From contig JBKBYA010000006.1 of assembly GCA_046313635.1 (NCBI GenBank), positions 128,001-192,000 on the forward strand: a DNA stretch of 64,000 nt, written 5' to 3'. This document shows positions 8,461-16,898 of this stretch, piece by piece (the first letter of the stretch is position 1; the number at the start of each line of letters is the position of its first letter). Position numbers and translations under genes: made by a program. This DNA comes from Pyrinomonadaceae bacterium. Lineage in GTDB: Bacteria; Acidobacteriota; Blastocatellia; Pyrinomonadales; Pyrinomonadaceae. The notes under the pieces are model-generated. The model saw only the letters and a program-made list of their open reading frames with translations, was not told where the DNA came from and searched no databases.

Positions 8461-11400
8461 TGCACGACGTAAACGTCCTCGAGGACCAGCCCATCGCGTG
8501 GACGCCCTCGCCCGAGGTAATAGAACGCGCCCAGCTCACACGCTTTATGCGCCAGGTCGGCGTCTCGACCTGGGAAGAGCTCTACGACTACTCCGTCCGC
8601 GACGTCGCTAGATTCACCGAGGACGTCATCAAATTCCTCGACATAAGATTCGACCCGCCGTACGAGCAGATCCTCGATACGTCCAACGGCGTCGAATTCC
8701 CGAATTGGCTCACACGGAACGCGGACGCCCTCGTCCGCAACGAACGGAACGCGGACGCCCTCGTCCGCAATGAGGGCGAAGCCCGAACCACCGCCGCCAC
8801 ATTCGCCAACAAAAAGGGCTGGCACGAACGCGGCTACCTGCCGCACTTTGACGGCGTGGTAACGCAGTTCGTCACGTTCCGCCTCGGCGACTCGCTTCCG
8901 CAAAGCGTCCTCAAGCGTTTCAAAGATGAACTCGAACGCGACAAGTTAACCGAAAACTCCGACGAATACCGCACGATGATCGAGGACTATCTCGACAAAG
9001 GCATAGGCTCGTGCATCCTCCGCGACCCCGAGATCGCCGGGATCGTTGCCGACGCGATCAGACACGAGGACGGCCGAAGCTGCAAAATTCTCGCCTGGGT
9101 CGTAATGCCGAACCACGTGCACGTGCTGCTGAGACCGCTCGAAGGTCATAGCCTCTCATCGATAATAAAGGCGATCAAAAGTGCGTCATCTCACAAGATA
9201 AACAAATTGCTCGCACGCTCCGGTGCGGTCTGGCAGCCTGACTATTTTGACCGCTTTATCCGCGACGCGGAACACTTCAGCAATACTCTCCGCTATATCG
9301 AAGACAACCCGGTCAAAGCCGGCTTGGCCAACTCGCCCGACGAATGGCCCTTCTGTTCTGCGGCCAAAACGGAACGCGGACGCCCAACGGAACGCGGACG
9401 CCCAACGGAACGCGGACGCCCTCGTCCGCATGAGCGTCCGTCTTCGGACGCGAAGACCACGCCGACCGATCAAATTGACGAGGGCCCGTCGCGCTCTTCG
9501 GGCTCCGCCCTCATTGCGGACGAGGGCGTCCGCGTTCCGTCGCACGCCGGCCTCAACATCACCACAATGTGCCTCGACCGCTGGCAGACGGACGAGATGA
9601 GGGATCAGCCGGCGGTCATATGGGAAGGCGAGGACGGGTCAACAAGAACTTACAGCTACTCACAGTTGATGGACAACGTCGTGGCCTGCGTAAATCGGCT
9701 CACAGACCTCGGGCTCAAAAAGGGTGACGCGATCGGAATTCACCTGCCGATGCTTCCGGAGACGGTCGCTGCCCTGCTTGCGATCAACCGGGTAGGATGT
9801 ATAGCCGTCCCTGTATTTTCGGGTTACGGCGTGGATGCGATCGCCTCACGACTGAACGCCGTCGGAGCAAAGGCCTTGTTCACATGTTTCGGCACGAGTC
9901 GCCGAGGAAAGGCCGTCGATATGGTGAGCGTCGCGGCCCAAGCCGTAGCAAACGTTTCCTCAGTTGAATCGATCATTCTCGTCGGCGGGAAAGGCGTCTC
10001 GGATCTCGGCCCTGAAGCTTTCGCAAAGGAACAGGAACGTCTCAGCAAAGAGGTTTTCGGAGGTAAGGTTGTTTCTCCGTGGCGAGTGAACGGAGACCTT
10101 TTCGACCTCCTTGACGATAATCCGCCCGCTAGAACTTCCGCCGAAGACCCGCTCATCATCCTCTACACCTCCGGCACCACGGGCAAGCCGAAAGGCATCG
10201 CACACACGCATGCGAGTTTTCCGATCAAGGCGGCGCAGGACATGGCGTTTGGGACGGACGTGGGCCGCGGCACGCGCATCTGTTGGTACACCGATATCGG
10301 CTGGATGATGGGCCCGTGGCTGATCTATGGAGCCCTCTTAAACGGCGCGACGATCTGCCTCTACGACGGCGCTCCCGATTACCCGACACCCGACCGAATG
10401 TGGGAATTCTGCGCGCGTCACAGGGTCGAGGTCCTCGGCATCTCTCCGACGCTTGTACGCGCGTTGGCTGCGGCTGAAGAAAGTAGCGGGGACGCAGCAA
10501 ACGGAACGCGGACGCCCTCGTCCGCAACAAACGGAACGCGGACGCCCTCGTCCGCAACAAACGGAACGCGGACGCCCTCGTCCGCAATGAGCCCGCAGGG
10601 CGAACAGGCCGCAGCGCCTGATCATGAAGGTCCGGACGCGGTTGCGTCCGTTGCGGACGAGGGCGTCCGCGTTCCGCCGTACGAACGCCATGATCTAAGC
10701 TCACTGCGCGCTTTCGCCTCGACTGGCGAGCCTTGGAATCCCGCGCCTTGGTGGTGGCTGTTTGAAAAGGTCGGCAATTCAAAGCTGCCGATCATCAACT
10801 ACTCCGGCGGCACGGAGATCTCGGGCGGCATCCTGATGGGCAATCCGCTGCTGCCGCAGAAGCCGTGTTCGTTCCCCGCGCCGTGTCCGGGAATGGACGT
10901 CGACATCCTCGACGAGAACGGCGAGCCCGTCGGCCCGAATCAGGTCGGCGAGCTCGTCATCAAACAGCCCTGGATCGGTATGGCCCGCGGCTTTTGGCAG
11001 GAGAAGGAGCGTTATCTCGAGACCTACTGGTCGCGCTTCAAAGACATCTGGGTCCACGGCGACTGGGCGATGCGCGATAAGGACGGGCACTGGTTCATCC
11101 TCGGCCGCTCGGACGACACGCTCAAGGTCGCGGGCAAGCGAGTCGGCCCCGCCGAGGTCGAATCGCTCCTCGTCGCCCACCCGCTCGTCACCGAAGCCGC
11201 CGTCATCGGCGTCCCGGACGAAGTGAAAGGCACGGCGATGGTGGCGTTTTGTGTGGCTAGGGATGAGGGCGGAGGGATGAGGGATGATCCGACTACTGCT
11301 TCATCCCTCATCCCTCATCCCTCATCCCTTGAGGCCGAGCTCCGCGCTCTCGTCGCCAAAGACATGGGCAAACCGCTCGCTCCGTCAAAGATCCATTTCG

Positions 11401-11540
11401 TCTCCGCCCTGCCCAAGACGCGGAACGCGAAGGTCATGCGCCGCGTCATCCGCGCCGCGTACCTCGGCGAAGACCCGGGCGACCTTTCCGCCCTCGAGAA
11501 TCCGTCGGCCGTCGACGAGATCCGCGGAGCAAGCCAATGA
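8460..11540 (+). CDS. Acetate/acetoacetate-type acyl-CoA ligase (AMP-binding) with an in-frame RAYT domain and two further in-frame repeat insertions
   Basis: [40 protein letters not shown] and [11 protein letters not shown] all present; at 1026 aa the ORF is much longer than the usual ~650 aa, and the insertions account for the excess. Confidence 0.92.
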   Translation: MHDVNVLEDQPIAWTPSPEVIERAQLTRFMRQVGVSTWEELYDYSVRDVARFTEDVIKFLDIRFDPPYEQILDTSNGVEFPNWLTRNADALVRNERNADALVRNEGEARTTAATFANKKGWHERGYLPHFDGVVTQFVTFRLGDSLPQSVLKRFKDELERDKLTENSDEYRTMIEDYLDKGIGSCILRDPEIAGIVADAIRHEDGRSCKILAWVVMPNHVHVLLRPLEGHSLSSIIKAIKSASSHKINKLLARSGAVWQPDYFDRFIRDAEHFSNTLRYIEDNPVKAGLANSPDEWPFCSAAKTERGRPTERGRPTERGRPRPHERPSSDAKTTPTDQIDEGPSRSSGSALIADEGVRVPSHAGLNITTMCLDRWQTDEMRDQPAVIWEGEDGSTRTYSYSQLMDNVVACVNRLTDLGLKKGDAIGIHLPMLPETVAALLAINRVGCIAVPVFSGYGVDAIASRLNAVGAKALFTCFGTSRRGKAVDMVSVAAQAVANVSSVESIILVGGKGVSDLGPEAFAKEQERLSKEVFGGKVVSPWRVNGDLFDLLDDNPPARTSAEDPLIILYTSGTTGKPKGIAHTHASFPIKAAQDMAFGTDVGRGTRICWYTDIGWMMGPWLIYGALLNGATICLYDGAPDYPTPDRMWEFCARHRVEVLGISPTLVRALAAAEESSGDAANGTRTPSSATNGTRTPSSATNGTRTPSSAMSPQGEQAAAPDHEGPDAVASVADEGVRVPPYERHDLSSLRAFASTGEPWNPAPWWWLFEKVGNSKLPIINYSGGTEISGGILMGNPLLPQKPCSFPAPCPGMDVDILDENGEPVGPNQVGELVIKQPWIGMARGFWQEKERYLETYWSRFKDIWVHGDWAMRDKDGHWFILGRSDDTLKVAGKRVGPAEVESLLVAHPLVTEAAVIGVPDEVKGTAMVAFCVARDEGGGMRDDPTTASSLIPHPSSLEAELRALVAKDMGKPLAPSKIHFVSALPKTRNAKVMRRVIRAAYLGEDPGDLSALENPSAVDEIRGASQ
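8715..9539 (+). mobile_element. REP-bounded RAYT (Y1/HUH transposase) element inserted in frame
   Basis: RAYT domain ~8811-9365: [27 protein letters not shown] (HUH), [44 protein letters not shown]-ccct-CGTCCGC-A at 8715, 8745 and 9406, inverted at 9514-9539. 8744-8787 and 9497-9540 form a 44-bp inverted repeat with 1 mismatch. Confidence 0.9.
10501..10676 (+). repeat. In-frame REP doublet: three 30-bp tandem REP units plus one inverted REP
   Basis: ACGGAACGCGGACGCCCTCGTCCGCAA at 10501, 10531 and 10561; inverted copy at 10651-10676; reads NGTRTPSSA x3 ... VADEGVRVP. Confidence 0.92.
11259..11329 (+). repeat. In-frame inverted heptamer hairpin
   Basis: (AGGGATG)x4 with one variant unit, 13-nt loop, (TCATCCC)x4; arms match at 27 of 29; reads [24 protein letters not shown]. 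Confidence 0.88.
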
Positions 11541-11989
11541 CGACCGTTTACACCATCGGCCACGGGCGGCACGATTTCAAATACTTTCTCGAGCTGCTGC
11601 AAAAGTTTGAGATCGAATTCTTGTGCGACGTCCGCAGCGTCGCGCGTTCGCGTTGGCCGCAGTTCAACGGGCTCGTGCTGGCCGAGCTGCTTCGCGACAG
11701 CGGTATCGGCTACGAGCACCTGCCGGAGACCGGCGGCAAGACCAAGCCCAAACCCGACGACCTCGCACGCGGCATCGAACGCATTCTCGAGATCGCCGCC
11801 GAGCTGCGGACCGTCATCATGTGTTCCGAATCGCAGCCGCTCTCGCAGCACAAGCTACCGCGCGCCAACTGTCACCGCGTCGGAATGCTCGCCCCGATGC
11901 TCAAGGCCAAAGGCGCGCGGATCATTCACATCTTGCCCAACGGCGAATCGCTCGAAGCAGACGAGTCGCTGTTTCCGTCAATCTGGTAA
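11537..11989 (+). CDS. DUF488 family protein
   Basis: VYTIGH, DVRS, PQFN, IMCSE, CHR; ATGA overlap with the upstream gene. Confidence 0.85.
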   Translation: MTTVYTIGHGRHDFKYFLELLQKFEIEFLCDVRSVARSRWPQFNGLVLAELLRDSGIGYEHLPETGGKTKPKPDDLARGIERILEIAAELRTVIMCSESQPLSQHKLPRANCHRVGMLAPMLKAKGARIIHILPNGESLEADESLFPSIW

Positions 11990-12891
11990 GGCGTCGCGCG
12001 TGGGATCCAGCATTTCACATTCGCCCGGTACGCGTCGTATTCGGCGCCGAATCTTGAGGCCAGATCATCCTCCTCGAGCGGGCGAAAGATGAATTGCCAA
12101 ATAAGGGAGCCCGTCAAAGCATAAAGTGCTACTAGAGGCGAGCCTAGAAACAACGCCACAGTGAGTCCCTGCCCGATGCCGGACAGGGCCATTGGATTGC
12201 GAACGTACGCATACGGCCCTGCAACGACAAGGTTATTAGCATGGTCAAGCGGCAGCGGAGTACCGTGGCCCCACCGCGACATCGAATGCGCGCTGAGAAT
12301 GCCGAGGCCGCTAATCGAGATAAAGAGGATCGACGCGATCGCTTCCTGATATGCAAAATCAATACGCTCTATGCCGATCTTCTCTTCGAGGATCGTCAAA
12401 AGATACGGAACAAGGATCAGTATCAGCGTCCAGACGACGGTGATCTGTATGTACGCCTTCGCGAGTGTCCGACGAGTCGACGACAAGGCGGACGGTCGAA
12501 ACATCGAAAGGCCAAACGTGATGCCCGTCGCAAAAACTCCGCACCAGAGTGTCGCTGCCATCATCATCGCGACACCTGGCCATCCCGCGTCGGTCCGCAT
12601 CGCCGCCGCAAAGGTATATACGGTCGCGTAACTGATCGCACCGGTTACAAGCCACGCGGCCGACGAGGCTAGACGGCTTTGAAAGAAACATAGGACGGCT
12701 GCCGTAACCGAACCGGGCATCACGATAACAAGATCGGGCAGGCGAAAAGCGATAAACGCGACCGGAGAAGAAGGATCGATCTCGAAATACCTGCGCAGCG
12801 ACGGTTCGAACGCCAGAGCGATCCACCACGCTGCGGTCGCCGCGGCCAGCAGAGCAAAGAACCAGCCTGCATTTCGGAAAACTTTTTTCAT
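11926..12891 (-). CDS. Isoprenylcysteine carboxylmethyltransferase/PEMT-family membrane protein
   Basis: Multiple TM helices; GTPLP, LVVAGPYAYVRNPM, EE..L..RFG.EY..YR..V..WIPR; start taken at ATG 12891. Confidence 0.85.
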   Translation of the reverse strand: MKKVFRNAGWFFALLAAATAAWWIALAFEPSLRRYFEIDPSSPVAFIAFRLPDLVIVMPGSVTAAVLCFFQSRLASSAAWLVTGAISYATVYTFAAAMRTDAGWPGVAMMMAATLWCGVFATGITFGLSMFRPSALSSTRRTLAKAYIQITVVWTLILILVPYLLTILEEKIGIERIDFAYQEAIASILFISISGLGILSAHSMSRWGHGTPLPLDHANNLVVAGPYAYVRNPMALSGIGQGLTVALFLGSPLVALYALTGSLIWQFIFRPLEEDDLASRFGAEYDAYRANVKCWIPRATPYQIDGNSDSSASSDSPLGKM

Positions 12892-12971
12892 CAAGATTCT
12901 GGGACCCAACCCTTGATCCTGGGCGACTGATAGACTGAAAGTCAGGCAGGAATTTAGCGCCTTAACTACCG

Positions 12972-13592
12972 ATGTCAAAACCGCTCGACCGACAAACCCT
13001 GGCGAGAGCCTGCCGCGAACTTGCTGCGGCTGATCCAACGCTCGGCGTGTCTCTTGCGCGTCACGGCACGCCGCCGCTGTGGGACCGCGAGCCGGGGTTT
13101 GCGACGCTTTTGCAGATCATTCTCGAGCAGCAGGTGTCTCTCGCGTCGGCAAAGGCTTGTTTCGACAAGCTGGCGGCGCGGCTCGGCGGTGTGCGGCCGG
13201 AAGGCGTTTTGACGCTCGACGATGACGAGATGCGGGCTGTCGGCTTCAGCCGGCAAAAGGCCGCGTACGCGCGGCATCTCGCCGAAGCGGTTCTCGACGG
13301 CAGGTTCGACTTCGAAGCGGTTCATTCGCTCCCCGATCACGAGGCGAAGCACGAGCTGATGCGACTCAAAGGCGTCGGTCACTGGACGGCCGACATTTAC
13401 CTGCTGATGGCAATGCTCCGGCCCGACGTGATGCCCCGCGGCGACCTCGCCCTCCACATCGCCTGGCAAAAGATCACCGGCGCCGAGCGGCGTCCCGACG
13501 CGGACGAGTTTCTGACGATCGCCGAGTCCTGGCGGCCATACCGCTCGGTCGCCGCACGAATGCTGTGGCACTTTTATCTAAGTGACAAGTGA
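12972..13592 (+). CDS. DNA-3-methyladenine glycosylase II (AlkA/HhH-GPD family)
   Basis: ILEQQVS, GFSRQK, LKGVGHWTAD (HhH), PRGD, WRPYRS. Confidence 0.9.
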   Translation: MSKPLDRQTLARACRELAAADPTLGVSLARHGTPPLWDREPGFATLLQIILEQQVSLASAKACFDKLAARLGGVRPEGVLTLDDDEMRAVGFSRQKAAYARHLAEAVLDGRFDFEAVHSLPDHEAKHELMRLKGVGHWTADIYLLMAMLRPDVMPRGDLALHIAWQKITGAERRPDADEFLTIAESWRPYRSVAARMLWHFYLSDK

Positions 13593-13714
13593 CGAGTGAC
13601 AAGTGACGAGTAAAACGGGAAAAACGAATCCGCCTCTTTCTTATCACTTGTCACTCGCCACTTGTCACTTGTCGCTTTCCATTACTCACCGTTCACCACT
13701 CACCATTCACTACT
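13580..13714. repeat. Inverted heptamer pair (AGTGACR / TCACTYG) followed by a CCAYTCA-type run
   Basis: 13580-13611 aagtgacaagtgacgagtgacaagtgacgagt; 13644-13675 tcacttgtcactcgccacttgtcacttgtcgc; 13679-13714 ccattactcaccgttcaccactcaccattcactact. Confidence 0.85.
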
Positions 13715-13736
13715 AGCTCGTGCTACTTTTTTCACG

Positions 13737-14327
13737 ATGAAGATCCTCGACGTCGGCTGCGGCGCAAACAAATTTGAAGGAGCGATCGGGCTCGACAACA
13801 ATCCTCGTACCGCCGCCGACGTGATCCACGATCTCGGCGATCTGCCGTATCCGTTTGCCGACGACGAATTTGACCTCGTCGTATCGCGTCACGTCGTCGA
13901 GCACGTCCCCGACGTGATGGCGTTTATCACCGAGCTGCACCGCATCACACGGCCCGGCGGCCGCATTCGTCTCGTGACGCCGCACTACACCAACCCCGAC
14001 TGGGCAAACGACCTGACGCACCGCAATCACCTGAACTCGTATTCGTTCAACACTTTCCTTCCGGGGCGGCAGGTCTTTGACTTTTACACGGACGTCGAAT
14101 TGCGGCCCGTAAGGACGTACGTCTCGCTGCTCTCCCTGTGGCGGGCGGTCGGGCTCGAGCTGCTCGTAAATGCCGACCAGAGATTTCCGTCGATGCGCTT
14201 TATGCGAAAGTTTTGGGAACATTACCTGAGCGGCATCGTTCGCGGTAAGGAGCTGCACTTTGAGTTTGAAGTGATCAAGCGTCGCACCGGCGAAACCACC
14301 GAGATCGCCCCGCCGTCCAACTCTTAG
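13737..14327 (+). CDS. Class I SAM-dependent methyltransferase
   Basis: ILDVGCG, DVIHDL, YPFADDEFD, HVVEHV, RITRPGG; start ATG 13737 (the upstream extension is translated repeat). Confidence 0.88.
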   Translation: MKILDVGCGANKFEGAIGLDNNPRTAADVIHDLGDLPYPFADDEFDLVVSRHVVEHVPDVMAFITELHRITRPGGRIRLVTPHYTNPDWANDLTHRNHLNSYSFNTFLPGRQVFDFYTDVELRPVRTYVSLLSLWRAVGLELLVNADQRFPSMRFMRKFWEHYLSGIVRGKELHFEFEVIKRRTGETTEIAPPSNS

Positions 14328-14391
14328 GCTCAGTTGCGACATCTGTTATTGTTGTATCGACCTTTAGTTCTCGACCGAGAGGAAATTTGCC

Positions 14392-15486
14392 ATGAAGAAA
14401 AAATTGATCGCTCTGCTGACGCTTTTTGCGATGGGTGTCAACGCAAGTGTATTTGCCGTCGGCGCGAGCTCCGAAACGGCCGCCCACGCGGCCCCGTCGT
14501 CAGACGTCGTGCGGATGCTGCCGGCCTCTGACATGGTCATGACCGTTGACGTGCGACGCGTGCTCGACGAGATGGTGCCGCGGATCTTGGCAGGCAAGCC
14601 CGCCCTGCTCGCAGAGGTCCGATCGGCTCTTGCCGAAGTGCAAAAAACGGTCGGCATCGATCCTCGCAGCCTGGGCTCGATCGCGATGGGAATTCGATTC
14701 AAAAAGATCGACCCCAACGATCCGCAATTCGAATTTGCGGCGATCGCCCGCGGCGACATCAACGCAAACGCGCTGATGGGCATCGCGAGATTGGGCGCAA
14801 ACGGCAAATACCGCGAAGAAAAGATCGGCGAGCGGGTCGTTTACATCTTTCGCGTTGAGGACAAGATAACCAAAAAGGTCACGCAGACCGCGGCTAAGAC
14901 GGCCCGTACCGGTACCCGCGCACGCCTCGCGGCGAAGGGCAAAGCGGCAAAGCCGGCGGCCAAGTCCGCCCCGGATCCGTTTGAGGAGATCGCCGTCACG
15001 GCATACGACCCGAACACGCTCGTGATGGGCACCCCGGCGCACGTTCGCGAGACGATAGCCGGCACCGCGCTTATCTCGACCGAGCTGGCTTCGCTGCTGC
15101 CCGCCGACGGCTCGTCGATCTTTGCATTTGCCGGGCAGATGCCGGCGGGTCTCGAAACTGCCGTCCCGCTGCAAAATGACGAGCTCGGCAAGATCATCCG
15201 CTCGATCGGTTTTGTCGCCGGGTCGATGAACTTGAGGGACGGCGGGGCCGAGATGCGTCTGCTCGCAAGGACCGGGCTTCCCGAGCAGGCCCAGAGTCTG
15301 CTCGAGACGATCCAGGGCCTGCAGACGATCGGCAAGGCCTTTCTCTCCTCGGCAAAGAAGCCCGAGCAGCAGGTGATCGGCCGCATGCTCGAGAGCGCCA
15401 AGACGACGCGTCAGGGCAGCGACGTCATTCTCGATCTGTCGATCCCGTCGAGCGATCTCGACATGCTCATCGCACAGATCAAGTAG
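14392..15486 (+). CDS. Secreted hypothetical protein
   Basis: Signal peptide MKKKLIALLTLFAMGVNA, upstream GAGG, followed by a terminator. Confidence 0.8.
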   Translation: MKKKLIALLTLFAMGVNASVFAVGASSETAAHAAPSSDVVRMLPASDMVMTVDVRRVLDEMVPRILAGKPALLAEVRSALAEVQKTVGIDPRSLGSIAMGIRFKKIDPNDPQFEFAAIARGDINANALMGIARLGANGKYREEKIGERVVYIFRVEDKITKKVTQTAAKTARTGTRARLAAKGKAAKPAAKSAPDPFEEIAVTAYDPNTLVMGTPAHVRETIAGTALISTELASLLPADGSSIFAFAGQMPAGLETAVPLQNDELGKIIRSIGFVAGSMNLRDGGAEMRLLARTGLPEQAQSLLETIQGLQTIGKAFLSSAKKPEQQVIGRMLESAKTTRQGSDVILDLSIPSSDLDMLIAQIK

Positions 15487-15508
15487 TGGTTTTGTTTTTC
15501 GGTTGAAG

Positions 15509-15548
15509 AAAAAAAGAGGCCGTCCGGAAATGGACGGCCTCTTTTTTT
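15509..15548. terminator. Bidirectional intrinsic terminator
   Basis: A7-GAGGCCGTCC-ggaaat-GGACGGCCTC-T7. Confidence 0.88.
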
Positions 15549-15604
15549 AACAACTGCCGAGCCCCGTTTGGACGCCCATATGTCCACTTCGCCGATCCTA
15601 TCCC

Positions 15605-15763
15605 GCATAGCCGCGGCCTTCAGGCCGTGGTCACATCCCAACAAAACTCCACAGCCCGCTTTAGCCGACTTACCCGCAGAGGCCAACATCACAAAGGGCG
15701 TTGAAACGCCCTCGGATTTATTTACGCCGTCTTGACCCCGCCGTGAACGGGCGGGGCTACGCC
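15605..15763. repeat. Degenerate (G/A)TAG-tagged REP doublet with an internal hairpin
   Basis: ATAGCCGCGGCCTTCAGGCCGTGG; AGGGCGTTGAAACGCCCT; inverted GTAGCCCCGCCCGTTCACGGCGGGG. Confidence 0.6.
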
Positions 15764-15865
15764 AAAGCCAAGATACGATCCAGCCATAGCGAAAATTGCA
15801 GACCAATAAAACTCAACCGTCGATTCCGCGGCGTCATCGACCGCTGGCCAGGCCAACGACGATTA

Positions 15866-16732
15866 TCACGACCGGTAGCGACTCCGCCGCGGGCCGAATC
15901 GGTCGATCTTTGTATCGTATTCGCCGCGGTCGTTAAAGAGCGGGTGCAGGTGCAGCTCGTCGTCGATAAAGGCGGCCCGCAGCTCGACGGGCCGGCCGTG
16001 CGCGTGGGCGATCACGACCTGCGTGCCGCGGACCTCCTCGATCCATCGGGCAAATTCCTCAGCTTTGCCGACCGTCGCCGACAGCAGCAGCAGCCGTATG
16101 CGCGGCGGAGTGAGGATGATCGTCTCTTCCCAGACGTGACCGCGGTCTTCGTCGGCGAGGTAGTGTGCCTCGTCGATGATCACAAAGTCGGTCCTGACCG
16201 CGTCGCCCTGCCGCATCGCGTCAAAGACCTGATTGCGGTAGATCTCGGTCGTCCCGACGATCAGAGGCGCATCGGTATTCTCCTTGCGGTCACCGGTGAG
16301 GATCCCGACGTTCTCGTCGCCGAACTCGAGCTTGAATTCCGTATATTTCGAATTCGTCAGCGCCTTGAGCGGTGTCGTGTACCAGGCACGCTTGCCCTGC
16401 GCCAGCAGCCGGCGGATCTCTTCGCGGGCGATCCAGGTCTTGCCGCTGCCGGTCGGGGCGGTGACGAGCACGTCGTAATGCTCGATCGAGGCGAGCGCGA
16501 GCTTTTGAAATTCGTCCGGCTCAAAAGGCTTAGGCTCAGGCACGCCAATGCCCGAGAGCAAACGCTCGACGGCCCGCAGCTCGGACTCGCTCGGCCGCCG
16601 CGACTCCGGGCGCGGCTCGGCCGAACTTTTTTCTGCAAAGCCGCGTTTACCTTGTCGTTCGTTATGTTGTCGCCGCCCGCCGCCTCGCCCCCTGCGTCTC
16701 GGGCCGCGGCCGCTTGATCCGGAATGCCGCAT
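15866..16732 (-). CDS. Short Ski2/HelY-like DEAD/DEAH-box protein (first RecA domain only)
   Basis: APTGSGKT, TPLKALTN, ILTGD, TTEIYRN, IDEAH, LSAT; ends before motifs IV-VI. Confidence 0.82.
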   Translation of the reverse strand: MRHSGSSGRGPRRRGRGGGRRQHNERQGKRGFAEKSSAEPRPESRRPSESELRAVERLLSGIGVPEPKPFEPDEFQKLALASIEHYDVLVTAPTGSGKTWIAREEIRRLLAQGKRAWYTTPLKALTNSKYTEFKLEFGDENVGILTGDRKENTDAPLIVGTTEIYRNQVFDAMRQGDAVRTDFVIIDEAHYLADEDRGHVWEETIILTPPRIRLLLLSATVGKAEEFARWIEEVRGTQVVIAHAHGRPVELRAAFIDDELHLHPLFNDRGEYDTKIDRFGPRRSRYRS

Positions 16733-16898
16733 TTATCGAGATGTTACGGAATCGAAGTTTGGAAGTCTAATGCTTTCGCCGCCCCGCTCCGGATGGTAGA
16801 ATTTCGATTTGTGCCGCAACGTGATCGCGGCACAGGGCGTCTAAAGGTGCGGTTAATCTTTTTTGGCTTATCGATTTAGCCGAATTGCCCAAGTGAGT

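Noticed and set aside
8811..9365. Classical IS200/IS605 element
   Set aside because: No tnpB; the motifs and multiple flanking REPs fit RAYT better, though an HMM search is needed to confirm
8715..9539. Intein or group I intron (IStron) explanation of the in-frame insert
   Set aside because: No N-terminal Cys/Ser with C-terminal His-Asn and no Hint blocks; the insert is almost entirely RAYT plus REPs, leaving no room for a ribozyme core
10501..10590. 30-bp repeats with a palindrome resembling a CRISPR array
   Set aside because: Units are directly adjacent with no spacers, lie inside a CDS, match the RAYT-flanking REP, and no cas genes are present
13662..13736. N-terminal extension of the methyltransferase (MSLVAFHYSPFTTHHSLL)
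   Set aside because: Translation of the tandem repeat; the domain begins at ATG 13737
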